The translations under genes were made by a program, and so were the position numbers. 32,000 nt of DNA from Candidatus Binataceae bacterium (GTDB taxonomy: Bacteria > Desulfobacterota > Binatia > Binatales > Binataceae): NCBI GenBank assembly GCA_035504735.1, contig DATJRJ010000275.1:1-32000 (forward strand), read 5' to 3'. Under the pieces are notes generated by a model. The model was given only the letters and a program-made list of their open reading frames with translations, searched no databases and had not been told where the DNA came from. Of this stretch, positions 28,047 to 32,000 are shown in pieces (position 1 is the stretch's first letter; the number at the start of each line of letters is the position of its first letter).

Positions 28047-29885
28047 ATGTCGCAGATACGTTTCGCAGTCGCCCAAGCTTTAGAGCATCGGTGCGTGCCG
28101 AGTCATCGATGCGGCCGGCGCGGCGGACCGGCCACCGCGATGGCCGTGCTGGTCCTTGCGCTGGTGTTTTTCGGCGTGGGCCATGTGCCGGACGCGGCAG
28201 CCGCGGCCCATCCGGATGTCGTCGCGATCGGCGACCTCCACCTCGATCATCCACTTGCGGCGGGACGGACCAGCATCCTCGAAGTTAGGTTTCGGATTCT
28301 TCACGGCTGGCATATCAACTCGAATCATCCGCTCTCCGAGGATTTCATCCCGACTCACGCCGAGATCATCGCTCCAGCGGGGGTCAAAGCGGGCTCCATC
28401 ACCTATCCGATGCCGGAGATCGTGAAGCTCGGATTCTCAACCGGCGAGAAATTTTCGGTCTTCACCGGCGACGCGCTTATCCAGGTGCCGCTCACGCCGG
28501 CATCCGGCTTCACCGGAGGGGCGTCGGAACCGGGGGCGGTGAAAATCGATTACCAGGCCTGCAACAACAATGAGTGCCTGCGGCCGACGTCAATCAGCAA
28601 GACGATCGATTTCGCCCGCCTGACGCCGGCGGGAACAGGGTCCGCGAGCCCCGCGATCGAAAATCGGACCGCGGGTTCCGGAGCCGATGCCTCGGTGCCG
28701 GCGAACCTGTTCGGCAATCATGGCTATTTCCTGGGCTTCCTGCTGGTACTGCTGGGCGGCCTGGCGCTCAATTTGACGCCTTGCGTCTATCCATTAATCG
28801 GCGTGACGGTCGCCTATTTCGGGAACCAGTCGGGAACCCATCGCAAGGTCGCGATGCTGGCATGCGTCTACGTGCTGGGAATCGCGCTGATGTTCTCGTC
28901 AGTCGGCGTCGCGGTCGCGCTTTCGGGCGGATTGTTCGGCGCTGCATTGCAAAATGTCTATGTGCTGAGCGCGATCGCCGCGGTGATGGTACTGCTCGCG
29001 CTCTCGAGTTTCGGCGTGTTCGTGGTCCAGGCGCCGCAGTGGATGATGCGCTGGGCGGCGGTGTCGCGCCCGGGCTTCCTCGGAGCGATGCTGATGGGGT
29101 TCGGGATGGGCGTGGTGGCGGCGCCCTGTATCGGACCGATCGTGCTGGGACTTCTGCTGATGGTCGAGCGCAGCGGCAGCCCGCTCTTCGGGTTCGCGCT
29201 GTTTTTCACGCTCGCCGTCGGCCTGGGGTTGCCGTACATCGGACTCGCGATGGCAGCGGGCAGCATCCGGCGCTTGCCGCGATCGGGCGAATGGTTGCGA
29301 TGGACCGAGATGTTATTCGGCTTCATTTTGATCGGCCTGGCGCTCTACTTTCTGGAACCGGTGATCCCGGGCCATATCATCAATCGCATCCTGCCGTTTT
29401 ACGCGGCAGGCGCTGGGATTTACCTGGGCTTCATCACCTCCGCCGGACGGAGTTGGCGGCCATTTCTGGTGTTCAGGGTCGGACTCGGGATGGTTGCGGT
29501 CGTGAGTCTCGCCTATTTCGCCCTGCATCGAGGTCCAAAGGTCACGCTGCATTTCCAACCGTTCGAGGAGGGAGCGTTGGCCAGCGCTCGTGCCGATGGC
29601 AAGCCGGTAGTCGTGGATTTCAGTGCCGACTGGTGCATCCCGTGCCGTGAGATGGAACGGACGACCTTCGCCGACCCGGCCGTGGTAAAGGCGGCGTCAA
29701 GCTTTATCCGGTTGCGGGCCGACCTTACAGCCGAGAGTCTCGAAAACGAGGAATTGACCCACCATTTCGGCGTCCAAGGGGTACCGACGACGTTGTTTAT
29801 CGACTCAAGCGGGCATATTCGCAAGCGCGAGGCGGGATACGTCGGCCCGCGCCAGTTTCTCGAGGATCTGCGGATTGCGGATTGA
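28047..29885 (+). CDS. dsbD: Thiol:disulfide interchange protein DsbD
   Basis: N-terminal CNNNECLRP, membrane domain NLTPCVYPLIGVTV and AAPCIGPIVLG, C-terminal thioredoxin-like DFSADWCIPCREMERTTF. Confidence 0.9.
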   Translation: MSQIRFAVAQALEHRCVPSHRCGRRGGPATAMAVLVLALVFFGVGHVPDAAAAAHPDVVAIGDLHLDHPLAAGRTSILEVRFRILHGWHINSNHPLSEDFIPTHAEIIAPAGVKAGSITYPMPEIVKLGFSTGEKFSVFTGDALIQVPLTPASGFTGGASEPGAVKIDYQACNNNECLRPTSISKTIDFARLTPAGTGSASPAIENRTAGSGADASVPANLFGNHGYFLGFLLVLLGGLALNLTPCVYPLIGVTVAYFGNQSGTHRKVAMLACVYVLGIALMFSSVGVAVALSGGLFGAALQNVYVLSAIAAVMVLLALSSFGVFVVQAPQWMMRWAAVSRPGFLGAMLMGFGMGVVAAPCIGPIVLGLLLMVERSGSPLFGFALFFTLAVGLGLPYIGLAMAAGSIRRLPRSGEWLRWTEMLFGFILIGLALYFLEPVIPGHIINRILPFYAAGAGIYLGFITSAGRSWRPFLVFRVGLGMVAVVSLAYFALHRGPKVTLHFQPFEEGALASARADGKPVVVDFSADWCIPCREMERTTFADPAVVKAASSFIRLRADLTAESLENEELTHHFGVQGVPTTLFIDSSGHIRKREAGYVGPRQFLEDLRIAD

Positions 29886-30131
29886 TCCGGGGATTCGTAT
29901 TCTTGTTTGCCTATGTATATCGATGTTTGAGAATTGATTCCGGCTATCTTCGAATCGAGGCCTTTTTGGATAGTGCTTCGACCCGGTAGATTTCTTTACG
30001 ATTCGTGCTCTTTTTCGTGATTTCCTGCTATCATATAAACAACGTTTGATTTTTTGATAGCGCATCTTCGTCCAGCTTTACTTGGCAACCCGAAATGGGT
30101 ACCATCTATGTTGGCTGTGGAGTGCTGGTAG

Positions 30132-32000
<1,869 letters not shown>

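Noticed and set aside
28574-29650. 358-aa plus-strand ORF within dsbD in another frame
   Set aside because: DsbD frame carries all expected Cys motifs; the alternative frame is low-complexity Arg/Ala/Gly sequence.

Overview
This window looks like a GC-rich bacterial chromosomal segment made up mostly of housekeeping operons. Order on the + strand: uppS (5'-partial), cdsA, rseP, tsaB, DUF465/YdcH-like, ilvN, ilvC, psd, pssA, [BNR-repeat protein, -], leuA, leuB, an Asd-family protein, truA, HU/IHF-like, [rarA, -], two class III CoA-transferase-like proteins, a LolC/E-type permease. A minus-strand block follows: small protein, SCP2-domain protein, zinc-ribbon/BON protein, LLM oxidoreductase, selA, MFS, bioB. 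The window ends with ribBA-like, dsbD-like and gyrB (3'-partial) on +. I found no CRISPR, rRNA, tRNA, transposase, phage or defence island. The main observations are: (1) a candidate leucine attenuator upstream of leuA, consisting of a near-consensus promoter, a Leu-rich ~26-30 aa ORF, and mutually exclusive antiterminator and terminator hairpins; (2) a RibBA-family protein that has lost all three Zn-ligand Cys of its GCHII half and also has substitutions in its DHBP-synthase half; (3) an Asd homolog with neither the catalytic Cys nor the His, next to truA; (4) a tandem CoA-transferase pair in which only one member keeps the catalytic Asp; (5) an RseP homolog with a ~110-aa cytoplasmic insert; (6) CdsA with Asp->Cys in its signature motif; (7) an unusual zinc-ribbon/TM/TonB-like/BON-BON protein. 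All family assignments come from reading motifs by eye; no database search was run.
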